From NCBI GenBank assembly GCA_964512315.1, contig CAZEIK010000002.1, positions 45,304-109,303 on the forward strand: 64,000 nt of DNA. The letters are read 5' to 3'. Of this stretch, positions 45,282-55,302 are shown in pieces. A model generated the notes under the pieces. The model searched no databases. It had not been told where the DNA came from and was given only the letters and a program-made list of their open reading frames with translations. The stretch's first letter is position 1. Each line of letters begins with the position of its first letter. Source of the DNA: an uncultured Candidatus Saccharibacteria bacterium (GTDB taxonomy: Bacteria > Patescibacteriota > Minisyncoccia > Phycocordibacterales > UBA5272). The position numbers and the translations under genes were made by a program.

Positions 45282-45707
45282 ATGCACACTATGAATACTA
45301 TTCCTGAAACTCTAAAGAGCCGCGCAGAACTTGAATTTGCGAGCGGTGACACAGTTCGTGTTTGGAGTAAACTAAAAGATAATGACGGCAAGATCCGTCT
45401 TCAAGCTTTTGAGGGCCTTGTTCTTGCTCGCAAGCATGGCACTGAAGCTGGAGCCACATTTACAATTCGTAAAGTTGCCTCAGGTGTTGGTGTTGAGCGT
45501 ATATTCCCACTTTACTCTCTTAATATAGACAAGATAGAAGTGGTACGTCATGCTAGAACAAGAAGATCTAAACTTTACTACGTTCGCGAGAAGGCAATCA
45601 AGGACGTTCGTCGCCGCATGAAAGTAGACACAAAAAGAGTAAGTAAGAATGGTGTGACTACAGCAGCCGACGTGGTGGAGGAGACAGCAGAAGCAGTAAC
45701 AGAATAG
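45282..45707 (+). CDS. rplS: 50S ribosomal protein L19
   Basis: RLQAFEGLVLARKHG...FTIRKVASGVGVERIFPLYSLNIDKIEVVRHARTRRSKLYYVRE, the L19 signature. Confidence 0.85.
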   Translation: MHTMNTIPETLKSRAELEFASGDTVRVWSKLKDNDGKIRLQAFEGLVLARKHGTEAGATFTIRKVASGVGVERIFPLYSLNIDKIEVVRHARTRRSKLYYVREKAIKDVRRRMKVDTKRVSKNGVTTAADVVEETAEAVTE

Positions 45708-45711
45708 TACA

Positions 45712-45745
45712 AATACAAAACTCGCCGAAAGGCGAGTTTTGTATT
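45712..45745 (+). terminator. rho-independent terminator after rplS
   Basis: AAAACTCGCC-GAAA-GGCGAGTTTT then TGTATTATAAT (a possible -10 for the downstream tRNA). Confidence 0.5.
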
Positions 45746-45759
45746 ATAATGCGCGACAT

Positions 45760-45841
45760 GCCCAGGTGGCGAAATTGGTAGACGCACTACCTTGAGGTGG
45801 TAGCGAGGCAACTCGTGCTGGTTCAAATCCAGTCTTGGGCA
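45760..45841 (+). tRNA. tRNA-Leu (anticodon GAG)
   Basis: GCCCAGGTGGCGAAATTGGTAGACGCACTACCTTGAGGTGGTAG... with a long variable arm and TTCAAATCC T-loop. Confidence 0.8.
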
Positions 45842-45851
45842 CCCAAAATAT

Positions 45852-46691
45852 TTACAACCCTCTGATTCTTTTTGAGAAGTCTGGGTCGTTCTGATATCTT
45901 TCGGCTAAGTCGTTAATCTTATAGGCTTCGCGTATTTTACCAATTGGTAACTTGGTATCGATGAGACCAAGCTTATAAGCATAATAGTCGGCATCAGCAG
46001 GGAATAGTATAGACCAGTCGAATGGCACTCGACGATAGTAGACTTTGTTAACATGTTCGACTATGTTGGTTGTGCAGCTGTTGGTTATGGTGTTGTAGAA
46101 CTCTGGTACAGCTTGCGTCTCTTGTGCGCGTATTAGCATATCTTCGAACAGCTCATTAGCACGCTCGCGAGTGGTTTTCATCGGATACAAGTATACACTG
46201 TCATGTCTATAATTAGTTCGCAGCTTAAGTAGGTCTTGTTCGTCACCTATTACATACATAAGTTCATATTGTCGCATAAGGCCTAGTATAGGGTTAAAGC
46301 TTTCACCTTTTTCTTTTCTTATTTCAACTGAGATGGGCAAGTATCTGCCATCGTCGAATTCAAAAGATAGGAATGTGTGTGCCGCTCCCAACCCTTTGAA
46401 TGGCTCCACTACGAACCAGACACGCTTAACGGATCCTCTTTCATATGACGCGCTGTAGTAGGCTGGTGTGTAACTTGTAGTTGAAGCATAAGTAAAGTTG
46501 CGTATGTCTTCAATTGTTACCGTTTTGGGTCCGATTTTTATTTTGGGTAGTACAGACTGGTCTGTAGACCAGTTCCTGTCATTGCTTGGCTGTATTAATA
46601 CAGCAGCGAGGACATAGGCAAAGATTAGGAACAATGCAGCAAATAGAACACTTTTTAGAAATATTTTAAAAACTTTTTTTAGTTTTTGCAT
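45852..46691 (-). CDS. membrane-anchored exported protein (DUF4105-like; tentative)
   Basis: The ORF-track start at 46850 overlaps tRNA-His, so the internal ATG at 46691 is preferred (MQKLKKVFKIFLKSVLFAALFLIF signal anchor). Confidence 0.45.
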   Translation of the reverse strand: MQKLKKVFKIFLKSVLFAALFLIFAYVLAAVLIQPSNDRNWSTDQSVLPKIKIGPKTVTIEDIRNFTYASTTSYTPAYYSASYERGSVKRVWFVVEPFKGLGAAHTFLSFEFDDGRYLPISVEIRKEKGESFNPILGLMRQYELMYVIGDEQDLLKLRTNYRHDSVYLYPMKTTRERANELFEDMLIRAQETQAVPEFYNTITNSCTTNIVEHVNKVYYRRVPFDWSILFPADADYYAYKLGLIDTKLPIGKIREAYKINDLAERYQNDPDFSKRIRGL

Positions 46692-46778
46692 TAGTAGAGA
46701 GTGTAACACACTCAACTTAACAATTAAGGGAAAATGTGTTAATATGTTGTTACTAAATTCTTCAAATTTAGAAAAGAT

Positions 46779-46854
46779 GGTGGCTATAGTGTAATGGTTA
46801 GCACGCGGGCTTGTGGAGCCCTCAGTTCGGGTTCGAATCCCGATAGCCACACCA
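46779..46854 (+). tRNA. tRNA-His (anticodon GUG) with extra 5' G(-1) and encoded CCA
   Basis: G-GTGGCTATAGTGTAATGGTTAGCACGCGGGCTTGTGGAGCCCTCAGTTCGGGTTCGAATCCCGATAGCCACACCA. Loop TTGTGGA. Confidence 0.8.
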
Positions 46855-46887
46855 AGATATCAAGAGGTTGGGTGTTATACTTTGTTA

Positions 46888-47328
46888 ATGAACGAAGATA
46901 AGATTTTATTCTACGAAAGTAAATATTACATGTTTTCTAATTTCTCTTCTTTTGCCGTAGAGTGGCGAGGGGTTGTGTGGATGACTTCTGAACACGCTTA
47001 TCAGGCTGCCAAGTTTGAAGATTCTGAGATAATAGAAAAAGTTAAACAAGCCAGGTCTGCATACGACGCTAAGACTATAGCCAGAAGTAACGACGACAAG
47101 AAAATTAAAAATTTTACAGAGATTAAAATTGGAATAATGGAAGATATACTTCGTGCTAAATTAGCGCAGCACAATTGTGTCAGAGATGCTCTAATTGAAA
47201 CAGGAAATAGAGAAATAGTTGAGAACTCACACAGGGATGCATTCTGGGGTCGTGGACCAGATTGGCAAGGCAGGAATGAGCTAGGTAAAGTTTGGATGAA
47301 ATTAAGATCAGAAATACAAAATGGTTAA
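46888..47328 (+). CDS. NADAR/YbiA-family (DUF1768) N-glycosidase-like protein
   Basis: FSNFSSFAVEWRGVVWMTSEHAYQAAKF ... HRDAFWGRG motifs. The start is moved to the ATG at 46888 to avoid tRNA-His. Confidence 0.7.
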   Translation: MNEDKILFYESKYYMFSNFSSFAVEWRGVVWMTSEHAYQAAKFEDSEIIEKVKQARSAYDAKTIARSNDDKKIKNFTEIKIGIMEDILRAKLAQHNCVRDALIETGNREIVENSHRDAFWGRGPDWQGRNELGKVWMKLRSEIQNG

Positions 47329-48559
47329 GATTGAAGACATAGTGGAACATTTGGATAATTGCATTTATCTAGACATTGAAACAACAGGACTGTCTAAATA
47401 TTATGACAAGGTCACAATGATTGGTTATGACAACGGTTATGAATTCAAATATGTAATTGAGCCGAGTGATGTGAAGTCATTACAGAGAGATCTTAATAAT
47501 TCAAAAGTATTAGTTACATTCAACGGAACATTGTTCGATAAGAAATTCCTGGAGCATCACTTTCCAGAATTAAAATTCCCAGAACATCATATTGATTTGC
47601 GCTATCTACTGCGTAGAGCAGGGCATACGGGAGGGCAGAAAAGTATAGAGGTGCAATTAGGACTTAAACGAGCTGACGAGTTAATTGGAGTAACAGGATA
47701 TGAAGCTGTTGTTTTGTATCATGAATATAGACGTGGCAATAGAGAGGCTCTTGAGAAATTAATTGCATATAATCATGCAGATGTGCAGGGTATGAAGCAT
47801 ATGCTTAGTTATGCGCTTAAGAAGCTGCACGATATAGAATTGAATCACAATAAAACCGATATAAGCGAGAGTGTAAAAACCAAAACTAAAAAGTATAATG
47901 GCCCACTTATTACGGCGGAGGAATTATGGTCATTAACTAAGAGCAAGAAACCAGTAGTTGGTATTGATATAACAGGCAGTGAAGAGAGGCCGAGTGGATT
48001 CGCTATAATTTATAAGGATGGAGAAGTTGTAACTAAGAGAATATTTACAGACAAGCAAATAATCGCTGAATGTGTTGCCTCGGGTGCAAAATTAATCTCA
48101 ATTGATTCACCGCTAGGCATACCAAAAGGTAGAACTAGAGTTACTGATGATGATCCGAAACGTTGGGAGATAGGTATTATGCGCTGGAGCGAGAGAGAGC
48201 TTAAGAGGCGTGGCGTGAATGTGTACCCATGCCTTATACCAAGTATGCAGAAGTTAACAGCAAGAGGAATTAGATTAGCTAAGAAGTTAAGAGCACTCGG
48301 ATTCACTGTGATTGAAAGTTATCCAGGAGCAGCCCAAGATATAATGCAAATACCTCGTAAGCATGCAGGACTGCCTTATCTAAAAGATGGGCTAAGAGAA
48401 TTTGGAATGAAAGAGGGTGATTGGTATAGAGAAAAAGTCTCACATGATGAATTAGATGCAATCACTTCGGCCATTGTTGGATTATTCTATTTAGCTAAGA
48501 AGTATGAGGGTCTGGGCAATGATGATGAAGAGTATTTAATAATCCCGAGAATTAATTAG
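47321..48559 (+). CDS. two-domain nuclease-fold protein: N-terminal DnaQ/DEDD-like exonuclease plus C-terminal RNase-H-fold (DUF429-like) domain
   Basis: Exo I-like YLDIETTGL near the N-terminus. C-terminal VGIDITGSEERPSGFAII...IDSPLG...DAITSAIVG. Confidence 0.5.
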   Translation: MVKIEDIVEHLDNCIYLDIETTGLSKYYDKVTMIGYDNGYEFKYVIEPSDVKSLQRDLNNSKVLVTFNGTLFDKKFLEHHFPELKFPEHHIDLRYLLRRAGHTGGQKSIEVQLGLKRADELIGVTGYEAVVLYHEYRRGNREALEKLIAYNHADVQGMKHMLSYALKKLHDIELNHNKTDISESVKTKTKKYNGPLITAEELWSLTKSKKPVVGIDITGSEERPSGFAIIYKDGEVVTKRIFTDKQIIAECVASGAKLISIDSPLGIPKGRTRVTDDDPKRWEIGIMRWSERELKRRGVNVYPCLIPSMQKLTARGIRLAKKLRALGFTVIESYPGAAQDIMQIPRKHAGLPYLKDGLREFGMKEGDWYREKVSHDELDAITSAIVGLFYLAKKYEGLGNDDEEYLIIPRIN

Positions 48560-48596
48560 ACAGAGCAAGTAAATTTGTTATAGACTTATTCTTAAC

Positions 48597-49973
48597 ATGG
48601 CAACAGAACAAAATGGTGCGGGGCTAGCGGAGAATAAGATAGGATTACTAGGCTCTACATTAATGGGAATAGCGGGAACGGCGCCTGCGTTTAGTATTGA
48701 GGTTACAACTTCAACAATATTGGCTGCGGTTGGAGTATTGGCGCCAGCCTCAATATTCTATTGCGGATTAATAATGCTTGGTATTGCTTTTGCATTTATT
48801 AATTTAAATAAAATGTATCCAAGTGCGGGGACATCTTATACATGGGTTAGTAAAATATTTGGCAAGACATTAGGATTCTTCGTGGGCTGGTCGCTCTTAG
48901 CTGCCGTGTCTATATTCATGGTTTCAGGAACGCTACCAATTGCGAACGCGACATTACTTCTGTTCGCACCAGAGTATGTTAACAATGTTAATTATGTAGA
49001 GTTACTGTCAGTGTTTTGGTTAACATTTGTAAGTGCAGTAGTGCTTAAAGGCATTAAGCTATCAAGTGTGGTCCAAACAACAATCACATTAGTTGAGATG
49101 GTAATACTTGCAGTACTTCTTATTGCTGGCTTCATAATGTTCGGCGATGCCCCAGTTAATCCAATTAGCATGGATTGGTTTTTACCAACTGGATTCACCA
49201 GTGCACTCTTTGTAACTGGAGCATTAACGGCTATGTTCTTCTATTGGGGTTGGGATGTAATACTTAATCTATCAGAAGAAACAAAAGAGAAAAATAAAAT
49301 ACCAGGTAAGGTGGTGTTTCTAACTATGATTGTTCTTATATCAATGTTTATTGGGTTCATGGTTCTGTCTCTGATGGGGTTAACCGCAGCTGATGTTGAA
49401 CATTACAATACCAATATTATATTTGCCTTAGCAGAGAAAGTGTTCGGCAGCACATATGGTTATATTGCTATTATTGTAGTTCTTCTTAGTACTCTTGGAA
49501 CAATTGAGACAGGTATGCTGCAATTCACCAGGACATTATTCGCTAAGAGTAGGGACGGAATATTACACGGCAGATATTCTTCTCTACACAAAGAGTGGCA
49601 AACTCCATGGGTAGCAACATTAGTTGTGTGGGGCATGGGAACAGCGCTTATATTTGCATCTTCATACTTACCTTCAGTTAATGAGATATTGTCTATGTCT
49701 ATTAGTGCTATAGGTATACAAATATGTTTCTATCTTGGTGTTACTGGTTTTGCTTGCGCATATTTCTATAGAGATTATGCAAAGAGAATTATAAGTAGAC
49801 AGTCTTGGCAATCTGTTACCCATTTTTATTATCCTCTTATTTCGGCAGCATTCTTGGCTTATATTGGTATTCTTAGTTTCTTTGATTTTGATATGTTCAC
49901 CAAAATTGTAGGTGTTGGGGCGGTAGCGCTCGGAGCTATACCACTTCTACTTAATAAATATAAACAGAATTAA
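48597..49973 (+). CDS. APC-superfamily amino-acid/polyamine permease
   Basis: About 12 TM helices across 458 aa. Confidence 0.7.
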   Translation: MATEQNGAGLAENKIGLLGSTLMGIAGTAPAFSIEVTTSTILAAVGVLAPASIFYCGLIMLGIAFAFINLNKMYPSAGTSYTWVSKIFGKTLGFFVGWSLLAAVSIFMVSGTLPIANATLLLFAPEYVNNVNYVELLSVFWLTFVSAVVLKGIKLSSVVQTTITLVEMVILAVLLIAGFIMFGDAPVNPISMDWFLPTGFTSALFVTGALTAMFFYWGWDVILNLSEETKEKNKIPGKVVFLTMIVLISMFIGFMVLSLMGLTAADVEHYNTNIIFALAEKVFGSTYGYIAIIVVLLSTLGTIETGMLQFTRTLFAKSRDGILHGRYSSLHKEWQTPWVATLVVWGMGTALIFASSYLPSVNEILSMSISAIGIQICFYLGVTGFACAYFYRDYAKRIISRQSWQSVTHFYYPLISAAFLAYIGILSFFDFDMFTKIVGVGAVALGAIPLLLNKYKQN

Positions 49974-50028
49974 GTTTTTCTTTAGTTTTCCCTTGATATA
50001 TAAATAATCTAAAGTTACACTTGTTGTT

Positions 50029-50532
50029 ATGACAACAGACACTATTAAGGATGTATTGAGCCGCATAGTCTCAATCAATAAAAATCTAACCGAAAGTTCC
50101 CTGCGTAACTTGCTAGTTGCTAGCGGTTGGGAGAATGCGGATATAGAGGAGGGGGTAAAGGTGTTCCATGATTATATGGGCAGTACGAACTTGCCTCCCA
50201 GTGAGCAACAAGTAAATGTCGCAGATCTTAAAATGCCTACGCCAGAGAGGACTCCTGCAGACGAGGCGAAAGTCTCCGATAGTGGTATTTCACTTGCAGC
50301 AGAAGAGAGGCCTATTACAGAAGTCGCTCAGCCCGCGCCAGTTGTAAAAGTTGTAGAGCAGGCACCATCCCCAGTAGCGGTTCCAGTTAGTATCCCAAGT
50401 GTCGCTGTACAAAGTGAGGCCCCTACTACAAGCGAGATGTCTTCTGTGTCTAGACCTTGGGCTTTGATAGTTATTGATTCTGTTCTATTTCTTGTTGCTT
50501 TAGGGTTACTTATTTATATTGTTACTAACTAA
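50029..50532 (+). CDS. hypothetical C-tail-anchored protein
   Basis: 167 aa, Pro/Ala/Val-rich middle, C-terminal TM (ALIVIDSVLFLVALGLLIYIV). Confidence 0.4.
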   Translation: MTTDTIKDVLSRIVSINKNLTESSLRNLLVASGWENADIEEGVKVFHDYMGSTNLPPSEQQVNVADLKMPTPERTPADEAKVSDSGISLAAEERPITEVAQPAPVVKVVEQAPSPVAVPVSIPSVAVQSEAPTTSEMSSVSRPWALIVIDSVLFLVALGLLIYIVTN

Positions 50533-50536
50533 ACAA

Positions 50537-50570
50537 AAAAACGGCCCGCGAAGCGGGCCGTTTTTTTGTT
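50537..50570. terminator. bidirectional rho-independent terminator (hairpin CGGCCCGC-GAA-GCGGGCCG)
   Basis: GC hairpin flanked by an A7 run and a T7 run, between convergent genes. Same core as the terminator at 31274-31296. Confidence 0.6.
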
Positions 50571-50573
50571 TAG

Positions 50574-51596
50574 TTACACACCGAGCGAGGTTAAGACCTT
50601 CTCATTGATTAAAATCTGCTCCGCGTACATGCGTACTGATTTTTCATCAGCGTCCTTGTGCGCAGTTAGGATTTTAATAGTCTCAGCTTCTATTTCTTCT
50701 TCTGTTGGTTTTAGATTCTCTTTGTTAGCGATCTCAAAAATAACAAGTTGAACCTTAGCTCTTTTTGTTGCTGGTTCTTGTAATTCGTTGCGTATCTCTT
50801 CTTCTGTCTTCTTAACATGAGTAAGATAGTCTGAGAATTTACCCCCGAATCTTTCTATGTCTTGCTTTGTCTGAGCCATTAATCTGTCTACCTCTCCTGC
50901 AACTAGCGACTCAGGCATATCAGCTTTTGTCTCAGATTGTAACTTCTCGAGTAACTCACTACGAAGTTTTTCTTTTTCAATTTGTTGCTTTTCAAGCAGG
51001 GAGTTCTCTTTGATTTTTTGTTTTAATATATCAACTGTTGCAAACTCTTCACCGAAAGACTTGGCGAATTCATCGTCTAGTGCTGGCAAGTCAGAATCTT
51101 TTATCTCTTCGTCTGCTGGCTTCTGTACGCGCATTTTGCGTAAGTCATACAGAACCTTTTCTACATCCTCATCAGTTACAACTGCTTCTTTTTTATCTTT
51201 TGTAATCTCAGCTGCTATCTTCTTATAATCAGGCAATGTAACTTCTGGCATAACGTCAACATGTGCGTGGTATACAAAGTCTTCACCACGAGCCAGCTTC
51301 ACAACGTGTATGTGTGGGTGAGAGATAATTTTGATTTTGTGTTCCATCACAATTGCTGGATATGTCTCGTTAATACACAGGTCGCTCATAGCCTCTAACA
51401 CAGTCATCTCGCCGTACTTAGATATAACCATTTCCTCGGGCGCCATACCTTTGCGGAATCCTGGTATCTCCACCATGTCTTGTATTTTCTTGAAACCTTT
51501 TTCCCAGTATTTGTGAAAGTCTGCCCAAGGTACTGTAACCTCTATCTCAACTTGAGATTTTTCTTCTTTATTTATTTTTACTTGCATATAATTCAA
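50574..51596 (-). CDS. tig: trigger factor (short form)
   Basis: N-terminal ribosome-binding signature IPGFRKGMAPEEMV. 340 aa. Confidence 0.8.
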   Translation of the reverse strand: MNYMQVKINKEEKSQVEIEVTVPWADFHKYWEKGFKKIQDMVEIPGFRKGMAPEEMVISKYGEMTVLEAMSDLCINETYPAIVMEHKIKIISHPHIHVVKLARGEDFVYHAHVDVMPEVTLPDYKKIAAEITKDKKEAVVTDEDVEKVLYDLRKMRVQKPADEEIKDSDLPALDDEFAKSFGEEFATVDILKQKIKENSLLEKQQIEKEKLRSELLEKLQSETKADMPESLVAGEVDRLMAQTKQDIERFGGKFSDYLTHVKKTEEEIRNELQEPATKRAKVQLVIFEIANKENLKPTEEEIEAETIKILTAHKDADEKSVRMYAEQILINEKVLTSLGV

Positions 51597-52092
51597 TCGA
51601 TTCTTTTATAACTGCTTCAGCGCTTGCTTTATCTCTAACACCGTCAATCGTAACAACTTTATTTTGTAACTTTTTGTAATGCTCATAGAAATGAGTAACT
51701 TCTTTTATAAAGTGCTCATTAACATCAGATAAATCTTTGATATTTTTAAACCTAGGATCAGAAGATGGCACTGCAATTATTTTTGCATCACTGTCACCGC
51801 TATCATTCATATCCATAACTGCAACAGGCCTAGCCTCAACCCACACACCAGGGAAAAGTGGTGCAGTCGTTAAAAGTACAACATCAAGAGGGTCTCCGTC
51901 ATGCCAGAGTGTATTAGGAACGAAACCATAATCAAAAGGAAATACTTGGGCTGTGTGAGACACTCTGTCTAATTTGATTAATCCAGTCTCTTTATCTAAT
52001 TCATACTTGTTCAGAGAGCCTTTTGGAATTTCTACTATAACGTTAAGGTGTCCGTCGTCGTTAAGTGGGGGGATTGAGTGTAATATATTCAT
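51568..52092 (-). CDS. ppa: inorganic pyrophosphatase (family I)
   Basis: VIVEIPKGSLNKYELDKETGLIKLDR...DGDPLDVVLL...AKIIAVP metal-binding signature. Confidence 0.9.
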   Translation of the reverse strand: MNILHSIPPLNDDGHLNVIVEIPKGSLNKYELDKETGLIKLDRVSHTAQVFPFDYGFVPNTLWHDGDPLDVVLLTTAPLFPGVWVEARPVAVMDMNDSGDSDAKIIAVPSSDPRFKNIKDLSDVNEHFIKEVTHFYEHYKKLQNKVVTIDGVRDKASAEAVIKESIELYASKNK

Positions 52093-52113
52093 GATTTTAT
52101 TTTTTCAATTTCT

Positions 52114-53280
52114 TTAATTGTTCTCCTCTTCGTTGTATTCGTCTTCGTATGACTCAGATGAATCAACTAGCTCGTCGTCGCTACCGTCTATATCTATCTT
52201 ATAGCCAGTAAGCTTGGCAGCAAGGCGTACATTTTGCCCACCTTTACCAATAGCCAGCGATTGCTCATCTCTGGTTACTATTACCTTAGCAGATTTATTT
52301 TCTTCATCTACTTCGATAGATATAGGCTTAGCAGGAGACAGGGCCTTTTTAATAAACTCCTTAGAGTCAGAGCTGTACTCGATGATGTCGATTTTCTCGC
52401 CGTGTAGTTCAGCGGTGATGGCATTAACACGTACACCGCGCTGGCCAACACATGCCCCGATAGGATCGATTTTCTCATCTGTTGTCCTGACGGCTATCTT
52501 AGAGCGACTTCCTGGCTCACGAGCAACTGAGACTATTTCTACTAACCCTTCGGCTATTTCACTTGACTCTGACTTGAAAAGTTCAGATAAGAATTTTGGA
52601 TGAGAGCGAGACATGCGTATGCTAAGCCCACGAGGTGTGTCCTCGATGCTGTATAAGTAACCACGAACTCTAGCTCCAGGTATTAGCCTCTCATTCTGTA
52701 GTTGCTCTTCTATAGGCATGATCGCAGTAGCTTTGCCTAGGTCTATAAAAGTTAGACCTCTGTCTACACGTTCAACAACACCGGAAACAATGGTACCTTC
52801 CTTTGCTCCGAATTCTGTTGCTGTTTGTTCACGCTCAGCTTCACGCAGTGATTGCATGATAACTTGCTTAGCTGTCTGAGCAGCAATACGCCCGAAATCA
52901 TCTTTTTGATCTAATGGGAATACTAGCTCCTCACCAACCTCAACATTTTTCTTTAACAACTTTGCGTCGTTAATCATTATGTGACGCTCCTCGTTGTAGC
53001 GAGGCAGTAGCGATCTTGGGTCGTCTTCAGGTAGGGGTTCAGCATTCTCATCTTCGAATCTAACAGAGTTCTCATCTATTACAATTTTGACCTGCTCGAA
53101 GCTCATCACATTCGCATCAAAGTCAATGTGACAACGAATTAGTTGACCTTTTTTACCGTACTCTTTTTGATAAGCGGCAGCCAAAGCTTTTTCAACAGCT
53201 TCTTGCACCTTCTCAATAGGGAGCTTTTTCTCGCCAGTTAACTCAGCGAGACCTTGTTTTAACATTTTTAAATCTATCAT
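52114..53280 (-). CDS. nusA: transcription termination/antitermination factor NusA
   Basis: S1 plus tandem KH region with IDPIGACVGQRGVRVNAITAELHGEKIDII. Confidence 0.85.
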   Translation of the reverse strand: MIDLKMLKQGLAELTGEKKLPIEKVQEAVEKALAAAYQKEYGKKGQLIRCHIDFDANVMSFEQVKIVIDENSVRFEDENAEPLPEDDPRSLLPRYNEERHIMINDAKLLKKNVEVGEELVFPLDQKDDFGRIAAQTAKQVIMQSLREAEREQTATEFGAKEGTIVSGVVERVDRGLTFIDLGKATAIMPIEEQLQNERLIPGARVRGYLYSIEDTPRGLSIRMSRSHPKFLSELFKSESSEIAEGLVEIVSVAREPGSRSKIAVRTTDEKIDPIGACVGQRGVRVNAITAELHGEKIDIIEYSSDSKEFIKKALSPAKPISIEVDEENKSAKVIVTRDEQSLAIGKGGQNVRLAAKLTGYKIDIDGSDDELVDSSESYEDEYNEEENN

Positions 53281-53384
53281 GAATATTTGTTTATTTTTTT
53301 AATAAAAACGGCCGACCGGGAGGTCAGCATTACACTTCTAGAACCTCTTAATAATATCACATTTTGTGTTAAAATGGAAGTCAT

Positions 53385-54629
53385 ATGAATTCTCTTAAAT
53401 TAGGAATGTTTCTGGCGGTAAAGACTGTAAGACATGCTAGTAAGTGGACTACTGCGCTCATTATCGCTGTGATGCTCATCACATTTCTTAACCTTGTGAT
53501 TGTATCTGGTATTTTAGTTGGTCTTATACAAGGCTCAGAAGTTGCTTTTCGTGAGAAATATCTAGGCGACGTAGTTGCTAGCCCGCTTGAGAAGAAAACT
53601 AAAGTAGAAAAAGCCGGAGAAATCGAGTACACGTTGGACGGTATGCCGGATGTTCTGGGTTACAGTGCTAGATATATATCTGGCGGTAGCATTGAGGCTA
53701 ATTATGCAACCAGAAAAAGTGATGACGTTGCTAATAAGAAAAGCGTATCTATAAGAGGGATTAACCCTGAAAAGGAAGAGGTCGTGACCAAGCTAAGTGA
53801 AAATGTAATAGAAGGTGAGTATCTGACAAGTGCTGATGCTGGTAAATACATATTGGTAGGCAAGGACGTGTTGGCGAAGTATTCTGTTGTGGCTGATGTG
53901 GACTCGAGCGCTTTGCGCGATGTTGAGCCTGGTACTAAAGTGCGCATTACAATAGGCACAACAACTCAGGAGTACAAAGTAAAAGGCATACTTAAGATCA
54001 AAGCTGGTGACCTCTCGTCAGGAATATTTATGGTTGATTCTGAGTTGCGCAAATTCGCTAACAAAAATATTAGCGATGTGGATGAAATAGCTATTAAGTT
54101 AAATAAGGGAGGCAATGCAGTCAAAGTAAGGGATACATTGCTTCAGAATGGGTTCGGTGAGTATGCAAAGATACAGACTTTTGAAGAGGGTACGCCTGCA
54201 TTCGTTATTAATATGAAGCAACTGTTCGGCGCCTTGGGTACATTGTTCGGCTCGGTAGGTGTTGTGGTTGCAGCTATTACGCTATTTATTGTTATATTTA
54301 TTAATGCACTCACCAAACGGAGACAGATTGGAATTCTAAAAGGAATAGGTATAACGAGCGGGACAATACTTTGGAGTTATGTGTTCCAGAGTATGTTCTA
54401 CGCATTCTGTGGGTCCATGTTAGGTCTTCTTGCTACATTTGGCTGGCTTAAGCCATTCTTTGATAAGAATCCAATAGACTTTCCATTCTCGGATGGTATA
54501 TTAGTGGCTGACTTATCTACAACAATGATACGCGTTGCGACGTTAATAATAGTTGCTATGCTGGCTGGATTTATACCGGCCTGGATGGTCGTAAGGCGTA
54601 ATACACTTAATGCAATTTTAGGAAGATAA
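53385..54629 (+). CDS. ABC transporter permease, FtsX/MacB/LolE-like
   Basis: N-terminal TM, large extracytoplasmic domain and a C-terminal 3-TM FtsX-like domain. Confidence 0.8.
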   Translation: MNSLKLGMFLAVKTVRHASKWTTALIIAVMLITFLNLVIVSGILVGLIQGSEVAFREKYLGDVVASPLEKKTKVEKAGEIEYTLDGMPDVLGYSARYISGGSIEANYATRKSDDVANKKSVSIRGINPEKEEVVTKLSENVIEGEYLTSADAGKYILVGKDVLAKYSVVADVDSSALRDVEPGTKVRITIGTTTQEYKVKGILKIKAGDLSSGIFMVDSELRKFANKNISDVDEIAIKLNKGGNAVKVRDTLLQNGFGEYAKIQTFEEGTPAFVINMKQLFGALGTLFGSVGVVVAAITLFIVIFINALTKRRQIGILKGIGITSGTILWSYVFQSMFYAFCGSMLGLLATFGWLKPFFDKNPIDFPFSDGILVADLSTTMIRVATLIIVAMLAGFIPAWMVVRRNTLNAILGR

Positions 54630-54633
54630 ATTT

Positions 54634-55302
54634 ATGACAGCAATTATTTCAGTAAAAAATTTAGAGAAGTCCTTCATGGACGGTAAGGAGATTACAAAAG
54701 TTCTAAAAGGTGTAGATCTTGAGGTAGAAAAAGGCGAATTCGTTGCTATTATGGGACGCTCTGGAGCCGGTAAGTCGACGTGTTTGTATCAGCTGTCACT
54801 ACTTGATCACCCAACTGGAGGGCAGATTATAATAGACGGGCGCAATACAGAGAAGATGGACAGTGACGACAGGACTAATTTTAGACTGTATGAGCTCGGA
54901 TATGTTTTCCAAGATTATTCACTGATACCGGAGTTGTCAGCAACTGAAAATGTTATGTTGCCACTCTTGATGCAAGGAGTTAAGAAGACTGACGCTATTG
55001 CTCGTGCGGAGGAGGCCTTACGAGCTGTAGACCTGGGACACAGGCTAGGCAACTTGCCTAGCGAGATGTCTGGTGGTGAGCAGCAACGTACAGCGGTTGC
55101 TCGTGCAATATGTCACAGGCCAAAAATACTTTTCGCGGACGAGCCGACAGCTAATCTTGACGTTGCTTCGAGTGAGAGAGTTATGGAAATTTTTAGAAAG
55201 CTTAACAAGGAAGGACTAACTATTGTTATGGTTACTCATGAGGAAGAATACGGAAAGCTTTGCGATCGCGTCATTCGCCTCTCAGACGGAATGGTGGTTT
55301 AG
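54634..55302 (+). CDS. ABC transporter ATP-binding protein (MacB/LolD-like)
   Basis: Walker A GRSGAGKST, signature LSGGEQQR, Walker B ILFADEPT. Confidence 0.9.
   Translation: MTAIISVKNLEKSFMDGKEITKVLKGVDLEVEKGEFVAIMGRSGAGKSTCLYQLSLLDHPTGGQIIIDGRNTEKMDSDDRTNFRLYELGYVFQDYSLIPELSATENVMLPLLMQGVKKTDAIARAEEALRAVDLGHRLGNLPSEMSGGEQQRTAVARAICHRPKILFADEPTANLDVASSERVMEIFRKLNKEGLTIVMVTHEEEYGKLCDRVIRLSDGMVV

Noticed and set aside
46813-46887. ORF-track start of the NADAR gene at 46813 and the 332-aa minus ORF extending to 46850
   Set aside because: Both extensions run through tRNA-His (46779-46854). Internal starts at 46888 and 46691, each followed by sensible N-terminal sequence, are used instead.
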